From: a virus | Lineage: Duplodnaviria > Heunggongvirae > Uroviricota > Caudoviricetes | Virus record (IMG/VR): IMGVR_UViG_3300028591_000093 | Location: 80,765 to 144,764 of that record | DNA length: 64,000 nucleotides | Reading direction: 5' to 3' (one strand) | Shown here: piece after piece, positions 1 to 8,889 of the stretch | How positions within the stretch are numbered: position 1 is the stretch's first letter | Layout: each line of letters opens with the position of its first letter | Notes under the pieces: model-generated | Seen by the model: the letters and a program-made list of their open reading frames with translations, nothing else | Told to the model about the DNA's origin: nothing | The model's database searches: none | Made by a program: the position numbers and the translations under genes

Positions 1-37
1 ATGCTATTAGCATTATCTTCTTGAAACAAATATAGAA

Positions 38-730
38 ATGTTATATACAATAGCAAATCGCAACCTTTCCAGTACAACTGGTAGTTTACAAAATGCAATA
101 GTTAGTGGAGAAGCTGTTAAGGATATTAACAGAGACCTCACTAATATGTCATTCATCAATTGTAACTTTGATGGTAAAGTTAAGGTAGGCCATGTTTTGG
201 CAGGTAGATTCATTAAATGTAATTTTAATGGAGTTAACATTGAAGACATGTCTTGTACCTTTAGAGCAACTAAAGAAACAGGTGACTTTGATTTCAAAGA
301 GCATGTTATTATTACCTCTAAAGATACACCTGTATACAAGATTGTAAAAGGTCAAGGTGGTCTTTATTATTTTGTATATGGTCATGTACCTGCAAGATAT
401 ACTATCATCAATCCTATTGATGGTAATCAAGGTAAAATCAGAACTGACTGCTTTGTAGTTGATAAGATTTATAAGTTAAGCTGCACCAGTAGAAGTATTT
501 CTATTGATGAAACTGTAACTACTGTTAAATCTCAATGTATGGGTGGCGGTGAAAGTATTGATTACAGAAAAGGTTATTCAATTAAACCTGTAAAACCATT
601 GAACTGTAATTTTACTGTCACTTGTGCTTCTGGTATCCACTGTTTCTTTACTAAGGAAGAGGCAGCTGATTTGTTATATGAGCTTTGTAGTTCATATAAG
701 CAAGACAAATTACTGGCAGTATTGCCTTAA
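38..730 (+). CDS. Hypothetical protein with pentapeptide-repeat-like N-terminus and C-terminal 'CASGIHCFFTKEEA' motif (DUF5758-like)
   Basis: 230-aa ORF. FxNCNF/FIKCNF repeats in the N-terminus; the C-terminal C-x-x-G-I-H-x-F motif resembles a known phage family (from memory, not searched). Confidence 0.45.
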   Translation: MLYTIANRNLSSTTGSLQNAIVSGEAVKDINRDLTNMSFINCNFDGKVKVGHVLAGRFIKCNFNGVNIEDMSCTFRATKETGDFDFKEHVIITSKDTPVYKIVKGQGGLYYFVYGHVPARYTIINPIDGNQGKIRTDCFVVDKIYKLSCTSRSISIDETVTTVKSQCMGGGESIDYRKGYSIKPVKPLNCNFTVTCASGIHCFFTKEEAADLLYELCSSYKQDKLLAVLP

Positions 731-913
731 AATATAGATAATGACTAGCCCAGTAGGCCAAATCTTTCCCAGTAACCTTTATGAGGTGAAGTGATTGAGA
801 ATAACTGAAGACCTAGTGTTATCTGTAGACCTTTAACTATATTAAAGGAAGTCCTAACTTATTTAGGGGGTCTTTTGGAAGTATTTCTCCCACTTAATGA
901 AACTTCCTCGTTT

Positions 914-985
914 GGTACTTTAGCTCAGGTGGTAGAGCAGTGGACTGAAAATCCATGCGCCCTGGTTCAACTCCAGGAAGTACCA
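914..985 (+). tRNA. trnF: tRNA-Phe (GAA), CCA not encoded
   Basis: Full cloverleaf: acceptor GGTACTT/AAGTACC, D stem GCTC/GAGC, anticodon stem GTGGA/TCCAT with loop CT-GAA-AA, T arm CCTGG-TTCAACT-CCAGG, discriminator A985. Confidence 0.95.
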
Positions 986-990
986 CAGCT

Positions 991-1668
991 ATGGCAAAAA
1001 TTACAGCAGTTAGTGATTTACATGGAGATTTGCCTAAGATTCAAGAATGTGATATTCTGTTGATTTGTGGAGATACAGTTCCTTTGAATGTCCAAAGGTC
1101 TGGTCAAAATACAAGGCAATGGTTGAAACAAGAATTCTTGCCTTGGGCAGATAAATTGAAATGTAAACATGTAGTGATTATTCCTGGAAATCATGATTGG
1201 GAAATGTTCTGGAGTCCTGATAAAGTAAAGAAAATCTTTGAAGGAACAAAGGTTGAATTTCTTTGTGATTCTAGAGTAGTGTTAATGGGTATTGAGTTCT
1301 ATGGTACTCCTTGGGGGTCTGGATTACCAAACTGGGCTTTTTATATGCCACATGATAAAATACTTGCTCAATTTGATAATATTCCAGAGAATTTGGATAT
1401 TCTTATTTCTCACTGTCCTCCTGCTAATTATGGAGATACTGATTGTGTTTTGCAACCAAGTTATAATTTTGCAAATCACTATGGTTGTCCTGAATTAGGA
1501 GAAGTAATAAGTAAGAAGAAACCAAAGTATGTCTTTTGTGGACATATACATAGTGGGGACCATACCCCATATGAGAAAGATGGAGTTACAGTAGTTAACT
1601 GTAGTCTTAAAGATGAAAACTATGATGTAACTTACAAACCTTTTACTTTTGAATATGGAAGTAACTAA
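991..1668 (+). CDS. Calcineurin-like metallophosphoesterase
   Basis: Motifs DLHG, GD, GNHD, H and GHIH. Start moved to ATG 991 because the listed start (955) lies inside the tRNA. Confidence 0.9.
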   Translation: MAKITAVSDLHGDLPKIQECDILLICGDTVPLNVQRSGQNTRQWLKQEFLPWADKLKCKHVVIIPGNHDWEMFWSPDKVKKIFEGTKVEFLCDSRVVLMGIEFYGTPWGSGLPNWAFYMPHDKILAQFDNIPENLDILISHCPPANYGDTDCVLQPSYNFANHYGCPELGEVISKKKPKYVFCGHIHSGDHTPYEKDGVTVVNCSLKDENYDVTYKPFTFEYGSN

Positions 1669-2188
1669 TGCAACATTAGTAATTACTGACCCTTGCTATT
1701 TAATGCCAGATTGTCCTGTTATCAGTGATTATAATTTTGATTTTCAAAAAGATATATCAGAATTTACTCTTGATGAACAAAAGGAATATGAAAGGTATAG
1801 TGCTGATTTAGAAACTTATCATAAAAGAATTCAAGAAAGAGATGATTGGGAATTATGCAAGTATGGAATGGAAATGGAAATACTTGGTTTTCAAAATTAT
1901 CTTACTTGTCCAACTGAACTTAGATGGTGTTGGTTGGTAAAGGATAATAATGGAAAAGTCTTAGGTCAATTTTCTGCTGATTCTGATATAGTTGGTGTAT
2001 TTTTGATAGATGAGATTATCAAGTATGATAAATCACTTCTTGAAAGATTTTCTAAAATTCCACAATGTGTCTGTATCATAAAGGATTTTACAGGTAATGT
2101 TATTATTAAAAGGCACAGAGATAAGAATAAATCAATAACTATAATTGGTAAAGGTAATATTAACTTTAAAAGTGAAGTAGTAGAATGA
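1649..2188 (+). CDS. Hypothetical protein
   Basis: 179-aa ORF overlapping both neighbours, typical codon bias. Confidence 0.75.
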   Translation: MNMEVTNATLVITDPCYLMPDCPVISDYNFDFQKDISEFTLDEQKEYERYSADLETYHKRIQERDDWELCKYGMEMEILGFQNYLTCPTELRWCWLVKDNNGKVLGQFSADSDIVGVFLIDEIIKYDKSLLERFSKIPQCVCIIKDFTGNVIIKRHRDKNKSITIIGKGNINFKSEVVE

Positions 2189-2748
2189 TTACTAATGATA
2201 AATTGTATTGTTTTTGCAAAGGACCTTTAGGTAATTGGCATCATTCTGATATTCATTATTGTGGAAATTACTTCTTTTCTTCTGAACAACTCTTTATGTA
2301 TTTGAAAGCTGTATTCTTTAAGGATAGTGAGGCAATGACTCATATCTTACAAGCTAAAGATAATAAAGAAGCTAAGAGAATTGGAAGAGGTGTTAAACAC
2401 TTTGATGAAAATAGATGGGCTCAATACAAAGAAAGTCTAATGCTCACTGCTTTGTTCTACAAAGCTATTTATGACAAGGAATTCTTTGACATTCTTCTTT
2501 CTGAAGAGACAAAGGATAAATTGTTTGTTGAATGTAATCCTGATGATAATATTTGGGCAGTTGGTCTTAATGAAAATGATGAGAGAGTTTTGAATCCTGA
2601 TGAATGGCATGGAACTAATCTTTTAGGAAATTGTCTTACTCATCTTGCTAATCATCTTAGAGAGGGTAACTGTGACTTATTATTTATTATTAAGGATTAT
2701 AATGCTAAGAAACAACTAATTGTAGCTAAAGCAAATGATAATCAGTAA
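2185..2748 (+). CDS. NADAR (YbiA-like) family protein
   Basis: SSEQLFMYLKA, K-x-x-GR-x-V-x-x-FD-x-x-x-W, ECNPDDNIWAVG and GTNLLG motifs. Confidence 0.88.
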   Translation: MITNDKLYCFCKGPLGNWHHSDIHYCGNYFFSSEQLFMYLKAVFFKDSEAMTHILQAKDNKEAKRIGRGVKHFDENRWAQYKESLMLTALFYKAIYDKEFFDILLSEETKDKLFVECNPDDNIWAVGLNENDERVLNPDEWHGTNLLGNCLTHLANHLREGNCDLLFIIKDYNAKKQLIVAKANDNQ

Positions 2749-3577
2749 GATTATAAAACATGTGAAAGATGTTAGTAGTGGTCAAGATACTACTACTGAC
2801 ATCCGACTTACTAACTTCTCTGGTGTTAATAGAGAAGTTTTTGAGAATTTGAGAAGAATTTTAGGTGTTGACTTACAGGATGCTATCTATGGTACAAATA
2901 ATGGTAGATATAGAAGTTTCTACTGTGAGAATTATGATGCACATCACCATATAGGATATGAGTTCCAATATAATGGTGTAGATTTAGGTATCATACAGAC
3001 TAATAGATGGAACTGTCAGTGTATCCATTCTGGAACTAAAGATGCTCTAAAAAAGAACTTCTTAAAAGGTATTACACCTAATACAACATTGGTAATTCCA
3101 TCTTGTGATAAAATTAGTATAAGAAGATTGAGACATGCAAAATATAGTAGAGAAAACTATATGTGCTGTTTTGATAGCAATCTAGAATCTTATACAATGA
3201 ATGCTATTGCAAGTCATGAAAAGGAAATTATTGATTTAGCTAACAAGCTTGTTGCAACTGTTCCTGGTTTAGACAAGATTGATAAGATAAATTATGATGA
3301 CTACAACTTTTCTATGAATGTTGTTGTAGGTGATGCAGTAGATAGAATTGGTAGAGGAACTCCTAAAACAAGATTTGCATATTATACAGCATTGGTAATT
3401 GCAGCATTTTGTTATATGAGTTGTAGTCCTGAAGAAAGAGAAGATGTAAGTCTTTTAGATTTTCCAATTCTTTTGTTGTATTCAGAAAATAACAGCAATG
3501 ACTTGGATATACTCAAGTGTTTTCAAAAAATAATGCCTTTATCTCAAGTAATATATGTTGTTCAAGAACAGCCTTGA
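2735..3577 (+). CDS. Hypothetical protein (frame stays open for 41 codons past its TGA)
   Basis: 280-aa ORF; the same frame remains open to TAA at 3701-3703. Confidence 0.7.
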   Translation: MIISKIIKHVKDVSSGQDTTTDIRLTNFSGVNREVFENLRRILGVDLQDAIYGTNNGRYRSFYCENYDAHHHIGYEFQYNGVDLGIIQTNRWNCQCIHSGTKDALKKNFLKGITPNTTLVIPSCDKISIRRLRHAKYSRENYMCCFDSNLESYTMNAIASHEKEIIDLANKLVATVPGLDKIDKINYDDYNFSMNVVVGDAVDRIGRGTPKTRFAYYTALVIAAFCYMSCSPEEREDVSLLDFPILLLYSENNSNDLDILKCFQKIMPLSQVIYVVQEQP

Positions 3578-3744
3578 AGGATTCAAGTGGATATTCAAGA
3601 ATTTTATAAATCTATACCCACTACTTATCTTGCCACCTGTCAAGGAAAGGAGAGAAATATATGGTCACATTTACCATATGAAAAATCATTGTTCTTTTCA
3701 TAAGTCAATTTGCTTGAATAGTAAACAGTTAAATCCTAACAAAC

Positions 3745-4185
3745 ATGATAAGAGTTAGAAACGGTGTTTGGGAAACTAACAGTTCTTCTTGTCATTCAAT
3801 AACTATTCATAAGGGGGATTATGTTCTTAATACTAAGGATTTTGATTCTTATATTACAAATGGTAAGCTTTCTATTGAATTAGGAGAGTTTGGGTGGGGT
3901 TATGATGAGAGTAATGATGGATATGTAAAAGCAAGTTATTTACTTACTATGTGTAAGATGCTTGATAGTACTTGTGATGAGCAAAACATCATAGATTTAT
4001 TAGGTGCTATACTACATATTCATGATATAACTCTTACTAATGAAGACGACTGTTATATTGACCATGAAAGTATAATGAGTTTACATTGTCTATTGGAAGA
4101 AGTTCCTGGAGAATTTCTGTTAGACAAGGTAGAAAGATTCATATTTGACCCTAATATCACTTTAATTATTGATGGAGATGGGTAA
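3745..4185 (+). CDS. ETNSSS-motif protein, paralog 1
   Basis: N-terminus MIRVRNGVWETNSSSCHS; internal GEFGWG, KASYL and YIDHES; overlaps the radical SAM gene. Confidence 0.85.
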   Translation: MIRVRNGVWETNSSSCHSITIHKGDYVLNTKDFDSYITNGKLSIELGEFGWGYDESNDGYVKASYLLTMCKMLDSTCDEQNIIDLLGAILHIHDITLTNEDDCYIDHESIMSLHCLLEEVPGEFLLDKVERFIFDPNITLIIDGDG

Positions 4186-5116
4186 AATTAAAATTATAAG
4201 AAAAGATGAAAAAGTAAATAATATTTTAGGTAGATACAAGAATGGTAATTACAATGTTACTATTTTTGAGGATGGTACAAAAATTAGGGAAACTATAGAC
4301 CCTAATACAACAGAATTTATACCAGAATTTGCAGAAAATGTTGACATTCAATTAACTGATAAATGTAGTCAAGGATGTAGTTTCTGTTATGCAAACTGTA
4401 CAAGGAATGGAGAGCATGGAAAGATTGATTATGAATTCCTAAAACATCTCCATCCTTTTACAGAAGTTGCACTTAATGGTAATGATTGTGACCATCCAGA
4501 TTTGTCTGAACTTTTAGATTTACTTCACAAACAACAGATATTTGCTAACATTACTGTCAATCAGAATCAGTTTATGAGTAATATCAGTAAACTTAAAGAT
4601 TGGACAAACAAGCACCTTATTAGAGGTATTGGCGTTAGCTTAATTAAACCAGATGAAGAGTTCTTTAGTGCTATTAAAGAATTTGATAATTTGGTAGTAC
4701 ATACTGTGCTAGGTGTTACTAGTTTCACAGATTATCGTGCACTATCTGAAAGAAATGCTAAAGTGTTAGTTCTTGGATTCAAGAATAAAGGAAGAGGTGT
4801 AAACTATAAGGTTATACACAATTTAAATGAGAATTCTCTTGAAATGTATGGAGATTTTCTCATGAGTCTTCCTTTTAAAGTGTTGTCTTTTGACAATCTT
4901 GCTCTTGAACAAGCTCATATAAAGGAATCTGTTTCAGAAGAAGTCTGGAACTTACATTATATGGGAGATGATGGACAGTTTACATTCTTTATCAATTTAG
5001 TTAATGGTACTTTTGCAAAGAATTCCTGTGTTAACACTTCATATCCAATTGAAAATAAATCAATTGATGATATGTTTAAATACATAAAGAATGTTAATAC
5101 AATGGTTCAAGGATAA
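4169..5116 (+). CDS. Radical SAM enzyme
   Basis: CxxxCxxC motif CSQGCSFC near the N-terminus; EVALNG matches the GGE-motif position; 315 aa. Confidence 0.9.
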   Translation: MMEMGKIKIIRKDEKVNNILGRYKNGNYNVTIFEDGTKIRETIDPNTTEFIPEFAENVDIQLTDKCSQGCSFCYANCTRNGEHGKIDYEFLKHLHPFTEVALNGNDCDHPDLSELLDLLHKQQIFANITVNQNQFMSNISKLKDWTNKHLIRGIGVSLIKPDEEFFSAIKEFDNLVVHTVLGVTSFTDYRALSERNAKVLVLGFKNKGRGVNYKVIHNLNENSLEMYGDFLMSLPFKVLSFDNLALEQAHIKESVSEEVWNLHYMGDDGQFTFFINLVNGTFAKNSCVNTSYPIENKSIDDMFKYIKNVNTMVQG

Positions 5117-5681
5117 AGTACAAGTACTTAAAGATAAGTATAAGTATTTTAGATGGGAATATCTACCAGATTATCATCCTATTCTTGATTGTGCCTTACA
5201 TGGTGAGTTAAGATGGGGATTGTGGTATTACTGGTGGTCTCAATATTTTGAAGACATCTATGCTAAACTTGCTAAAAAACAATGGGAAATAGTAAGTGGT
5301 GGCTATGATGGTCCATTTGAAGAATGGAAAGATAGGTTTGGTAAAGAAAGGATTTACTATAAGGATTTCTATGATTTAGCAATTAAAAGAAGTCAAGATA
5401 GTAAAGAAAATAGAGATGCTGTTGCAACTAAAAGAGCTCAGACTTGGTTAAGAATGGGTAGATACTTAAATACTCAGCAACTTTGGGAAATGAAAAAATA
5501 CTTCTATAAGATATGTACTCTTAATGAAAAGAACAATTATGGCATTAGAGAAAGGTTTACTTTCTATATGGCAGATATGGGTCTTGATTATGATGAACAT
5601 ATGGCAGAAGTATTACATTTACTACCAGAACCAAATATGAAATTCTATAAATGGATAACTGGGCAAAATGTAGAAGAATGA
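5091..5681 (+). CDS. Hypothetical protein (Trp/Tyr-rich)
   Basis: 196-aa ORF overlapping its neighbours. Confidence 0.7.
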   Translation: MLIQWFKDKVQVLKDKYKYFRWEYLPDYHPILDCALHGELRWGLWYYWWSQYFEDIYAKLAKKQWEIVSGGYDGPFEEWKDRFGKERIYYKDFYDLAIKRSQDSKENRDAVATKRAQTWLRMGRYLNTQQLWEMKKYFYKICTLNEKNNYGIRERFTFYMADMGLDYDEHMAEVLHLLPEPNMKFYKWITGQNVEE

Positions 5682-6412
5682 TGAAAAAGGTTATTTTTCT
5701 AGATTGTGATGGTGTAATCAATAATGCTCATACTTATCATGAACAATATGATGGAGACCATACTCCTCTTTATCTAATCAATGATACATTACTTGATAGA
5801 GTTAAAAAGATTCAGCAAGAAACAGGTGCAGATATTGTATTATCTAGTAGCTGGAGACTTGATGAAGATGGTATTGAAGCTCTTAAAAAGAAAGGTCTTG
5901 AAATCATTGATAAGACACCTTATGTTTGGGATAAAAGAGGATATGAAGTAGATAAATGGTTACAAAGACATTCTGACTATTATGACTATGTTATCTTGGA
6001 TGATATTGTGTATTGGTTTTTACCTTGTCAACAATTTCATATCATACATACTGACCAAGAGACAGGCATAACTGATGAGGATGTTACAAGAGCTATTGAT
6101 ATTCTCAATAACTCTGGAGAAAGAAAATTACTTACCATATGGAGAGAAAGAGGTATTAAATGTCAGTTTGCTACTATCTATGTAGAAACAGCAGGCTGGT
6201 TACATGGTATTATCTGTGAGGACAAGAAAATCTTTTTTGCTCCAGGTTCTGCTTTTAATACTTATTATCTTGATGAAGTAGGTAAAGATACATTTATCCA
6301 CAACACTCCTTATGATAAGCCTTTTGCTAAAACATTTATAGCAGATAGTTATTTCATATTTCATGAAGGAGAGCAAAAAATAGACAAAATAATTGTTTAT
6401 GAGACAGATTAG
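5678..6412 (+). CDS. HAD-superfamily phosphatase (Swiss-army-knife RNA-repair-type HAD) with C-terminal extension
   Basis: FLDCDGV (DxD), VLSSSWR and YVILDD motifs; ends in TAG. Confidence 0.85.
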   Translation: MMKKVIFLDCDGVINNAHTYHEQYDGDHTPLYLINDTLLDRVKKIQQETGADIVLSSSWRLDEDGIEALKKKGLEIIDKTPYVWDKRGYEVDKWLQRHSDYYDYVILDDIVYWFLPCQQFHIIHTDQETGITDEDVTRAIDILNNSGERKLLTIWRERGIKCQFATIYVETAGWLHGIICEDKKIFFAPGSAFNTYYLDEVGKDTFIHNTPYDKPFAKTFIADSYFIFHEGEQKIDKIIVYETD

Positions 6413-6860
6413 ACAAGGTGTATGGGAGACTAACAGCTCTTCCACACATACTTTATCTTTATTTCACACCCATCCTGTTGATATACCCAAGTGGTCTCAC
6501 ATAAAAATCAATAGTGATTATGTAAGTGAACATAGCCTGTATACTTACGATAACATCAATACTGGTTCTTTAAAGAAGTTAATTTTCCTTATTGAGGTTG
6601 TTAACAATATGAATGGTGGAGAACAAGAGTATCTTGATGCTTTGAAAGAAGTAGTATTTGATGAGTTTGGAACTCAAATTGAAATTGATTATGATGAAAT
6701 GTTGGAAGATGACAATGATTCTGCAACTGACATTCTGTATCAATTCATTTATAGTACTACAAATAAGAGAGGCTTGAATCTTGCTAACTTTAAAGAGATG
6801 GCAAGAATTGTTCTTACTGATGAAACTATTGTTCTTGAAAGTTCTAATGTTGAGAACTGA
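6399..6860 (+). CDS. ETNSSS-motif protein, paralog 2
   Basis: N-terminus MRQIRQGVWETNSSSTHT. Confidence 0.85.
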   Translation: MRQIRQGVWETNSSSTHTLSLFHTHPVDIPKWSHIKINSDYVSEHSLYTYDNINTGSLKKLIFLIEVVNNMNGGEQEYLDALKEVVFDEFGTQIEIDYDEMLEDDNDSATDILYQFIYSTTNKRGLNLANFKEMARIVLTDETIVLESSNVEN

Positions 6861-7480
6861 TGAAACAAATTAGGATAGGTGTCTGGGAAACTAATTCCAG
6901 TAGTTCTCATTCTCTTTCTGTTGGTAAAGCTCATGATATAATTCTTCAGACTATTCTAGATGAATATGAATCTTCTGAGAGTTCAAGTGAGTGGGCAGAA
7001 GAACAGGAAGAGTTTGAGAAAACCCATATATTGAAATTGGGGGATACTGTAGATTTCCCTGATGATGGAGAAAGTGAAAGAGATTATTTAGTTACTGTTG
7101 CAAGAAGTCTTGTAAGTAAACTCAATGTATTATGGGGATTGTTTATATCTGATATAAATACATATGATAAGCCACTTGCTGAGATGATGAAGGAACATAG
7201 GGTAAAGTTATTTATTACTCTTTGTGAGAAATATCTGAAAGATATGCCTGACCTTCAAATCAATATAAAGCCAACAGTAGGTAATCCTTTTTTCTGGAAA
7301 GATGCATGGACAACAAAGTACTATTATTCAAATATTTCTGATGGTGTTTTAGATAATAAAACAGATGAGGAATGTGAAGAATACTTTAGAAATGCTCTTG
7401 ACCAGGAATCAATTGTCTTAATGGACTGCCCATATGGTGGTCTGAATCAATGGACACACATAATTATAAAGATAATTTAA
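6860..7480 (+). CDS. ETNSSS-motif protein, paralog 3
   Basis: N-terminus MKQIRIGVWETNSSSSHS; TGATG overlap with paralog 2. Confidence 0.85.
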   Translation: MKQIRIGVWETNSSSSHSLSVGKAHDIILQTILDEYESSESSSEWAEEQEEFEKTHILKLGDTVDFPDDGESERDYLVTVARSLVSKLNVLWGLFISDINTYDKPLAEMMKEHRVKLFITLCEKYLKDMPDLQINIKPTVGNPFFWKDAWTTKYYYSNISDGVLDNKTDEECEEYFRNALDQESIVLMDCPYGGLNQWTHIIIKII

Positions 7481-7481
7481 T

Positions 7482-7916
7482 ATGATGACAACTAAATGGA
7501 CTGATGCTCAAAAAGAGCATCTTCAGAAACTGATTGCAGAGAATCCTAACATGAGTGTTAGAGAAATTGCTCTCAAATTTATTGAAGAAGACCCAACTAG
7601 AACAGTTGAGGCAGTAAAGAGTAAATTTAGAGAGTTACAGAAACAAGAGAAAGAACAAGTTAAGGAAGAGCCTGTTGTAGAGCCTACAACTGTACAAGAG
7701 CCAGAACCAGAACCTGTTCCAACTCCTGAGACTCCTGCTATAGAACATCTCGCTGAAGCTGTTCCTGAGCAAGTAGCAGACCCCACTCCTGTTAGTGAGG
7801 AAGTTGCAAAGAAAGAAGAAGAGATTTACAAAGAGGTATTTGAAGAGAAACCTGCTCAAACAGAAGCTCCTAAAGAAGGCCTCTTAAAGAAAATTATTAA
7901 CTGGTTGTTTAACTAA
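7482..7916 (+). CDS. Myb/SANT-like HTH protein with acidic Pro-rich linker and amphipathic C-terminus
   Basis: KWTDAQKEHL...IA...RTVEAVKSK pattern; E/P-rich middle; C-terminus GLLKKIINWLFN. Confidence 0.6.
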   Translation: MMTTKWTDAQKEHLQKLIAENPNMSVREIALKFIEEDPTRTVEAVKSKFRELQKQEKEQVKEEPVVEPTTVQEPEPEPVPTPETPAIEHLAEAVPEQVADPTPVSEEVAKKEEEIYKEVFEEKPAQTEAPKEGLLKKIINWLFN

Positions 7917-7931
7917 TAAATTTTTAGTACT

Positions 7932-8297
7932 ATGGCTAAAATAACTCATTCAGAACCAAGGTACATTAAAAGCCGAGATGGTAGATGCATTACCTGTCTT
8001 ATTGATGCAGGTGTAGTAGTTCGTGACAAAATTGTAGCAACCTTTACTGCTAAAGGTGTAGCAGTTCAGAATGCAAATGATTGCTATGATGAGACTACTG
8101 GTAAGAGATTGGCAGAAAGCAGAGCAAAGAGATATATGTTCATGCAGGCCAAGAACTTCTTCAAGACTCAAGTTGCACAACTGAAGGATTATCTGCTCTT
8201 GCATGATGAACTCCAGAAGGCTGTTGAGAAATATAAGAAGTCTCAAAGACATGAGAAGAATCATATTCAGTACATCCTGGATAACATCTCTTGTTAA
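7932..8297 (+). CDS. Hypothetical phage protein
   Basis: 121-aa ORF with highly-expressed-type codon usage. Confidence 0.75.
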   Translation: MAKITHSEPRYIKSRDGRCITCLIDAGVVVRDKIVATFTAKGVAVQNANDCYDETTGKRLAESRAKRYMFMQAKNFFKTQVAQLKDYLLLHDELQKAVEKYKKSQRHEKNHIQYILDNISC

Positions 8298-8335
8298 TAT
8301 AGGATTGGTGGAGCTGATAACTCCACCCTTCCACT

Positions 8336-8863
8336 ATGATTAAAGAATTACTAAAAGAAAAAGGATTAGTTGTTATTCCAGAGGAAATTGATGAGGAAAA
8401 AGCAATAGAAGCAATCCTTAAATTGATTAGTCTTCATAGAGAACTACCTGATAATGAGAGTATTACATTGTTTATTTGCAGTGGCGGTGGAACTTGTGAT
8501 GTTTCTCTTGCTATTATTGATACAATAGAACAAATCAAAAAAGAAGGTAGAGTTGTGAAGGCTTATTGTACAGGTAGAGTTGAAAGCATGGCTTGTTATA
8601 TAGCTCTAAGCTGTACTAAAGGAGAAAGGTATACTACTCCTAAAACTACTTTTATGGTTCATGATATTCATTGGAATCCAGAAGGTAGTTCAATAGATAT
8701 AAAAAATAAGTATAAAAGTTTAGAAATAACTAATACTCATATCAAAAACTTAATATCAAATTACTCTTCAGAAAAACTATTGGAACTTATTGAAACTAAC
8801 ACTGACAGATTTCTCTATGCAGAGGAAGCTTTGGAGTTAGGAATCATAGACAGTATTTTATAA
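8336..8863 (+). CDS. clpP: ClpP-like serine protease
   Basis: ICSGGG, ESMA (catalytic Ser), FMVHD (His), DR-FL-AEEALELGIID. Confidence 0.85.
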   Translation: MIKELLKEKGLVVIPEEIDEEKAIEAILKLISLHRELPDNESITLFICSGGGTCDVSLAIIDTIEQIKKEGRVVKAYCTGRVESMACYIALSCTKGERYTTPKTTFMVHDIHWNPEGSSIDIKNKYKSLEITNTHIKNLISNYSSEKLLELIETNTDRFLYAEEALELGIIDSIL

Positions 8864-8889
8864 ATTACTTAGCATAAACATAAACAATT

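Noticed and set aside
800-908. Possible hammerhead ribozyme (CTGAAGA ... GAAAC with GGAAGTA)
   Set aside because: The topology does not fit. The CUGANGA core is not placed between stems I and II relative to the GAAA/UH pair, and stem II does not abut the core.
875-1063. 62-aa ORF, and the 955 start of the phosphoesterase
   Set aside because: Both overlap a perfect tRNA-Phe cloverleaf; the real phosphoesterase start is most likely ATG 991.
3555-3758. 67-aa + strand ORF
   Set aside because: It overlaps both neighbours and has atypical composition; the gap is better explained by the continued frame of the upstream gene.
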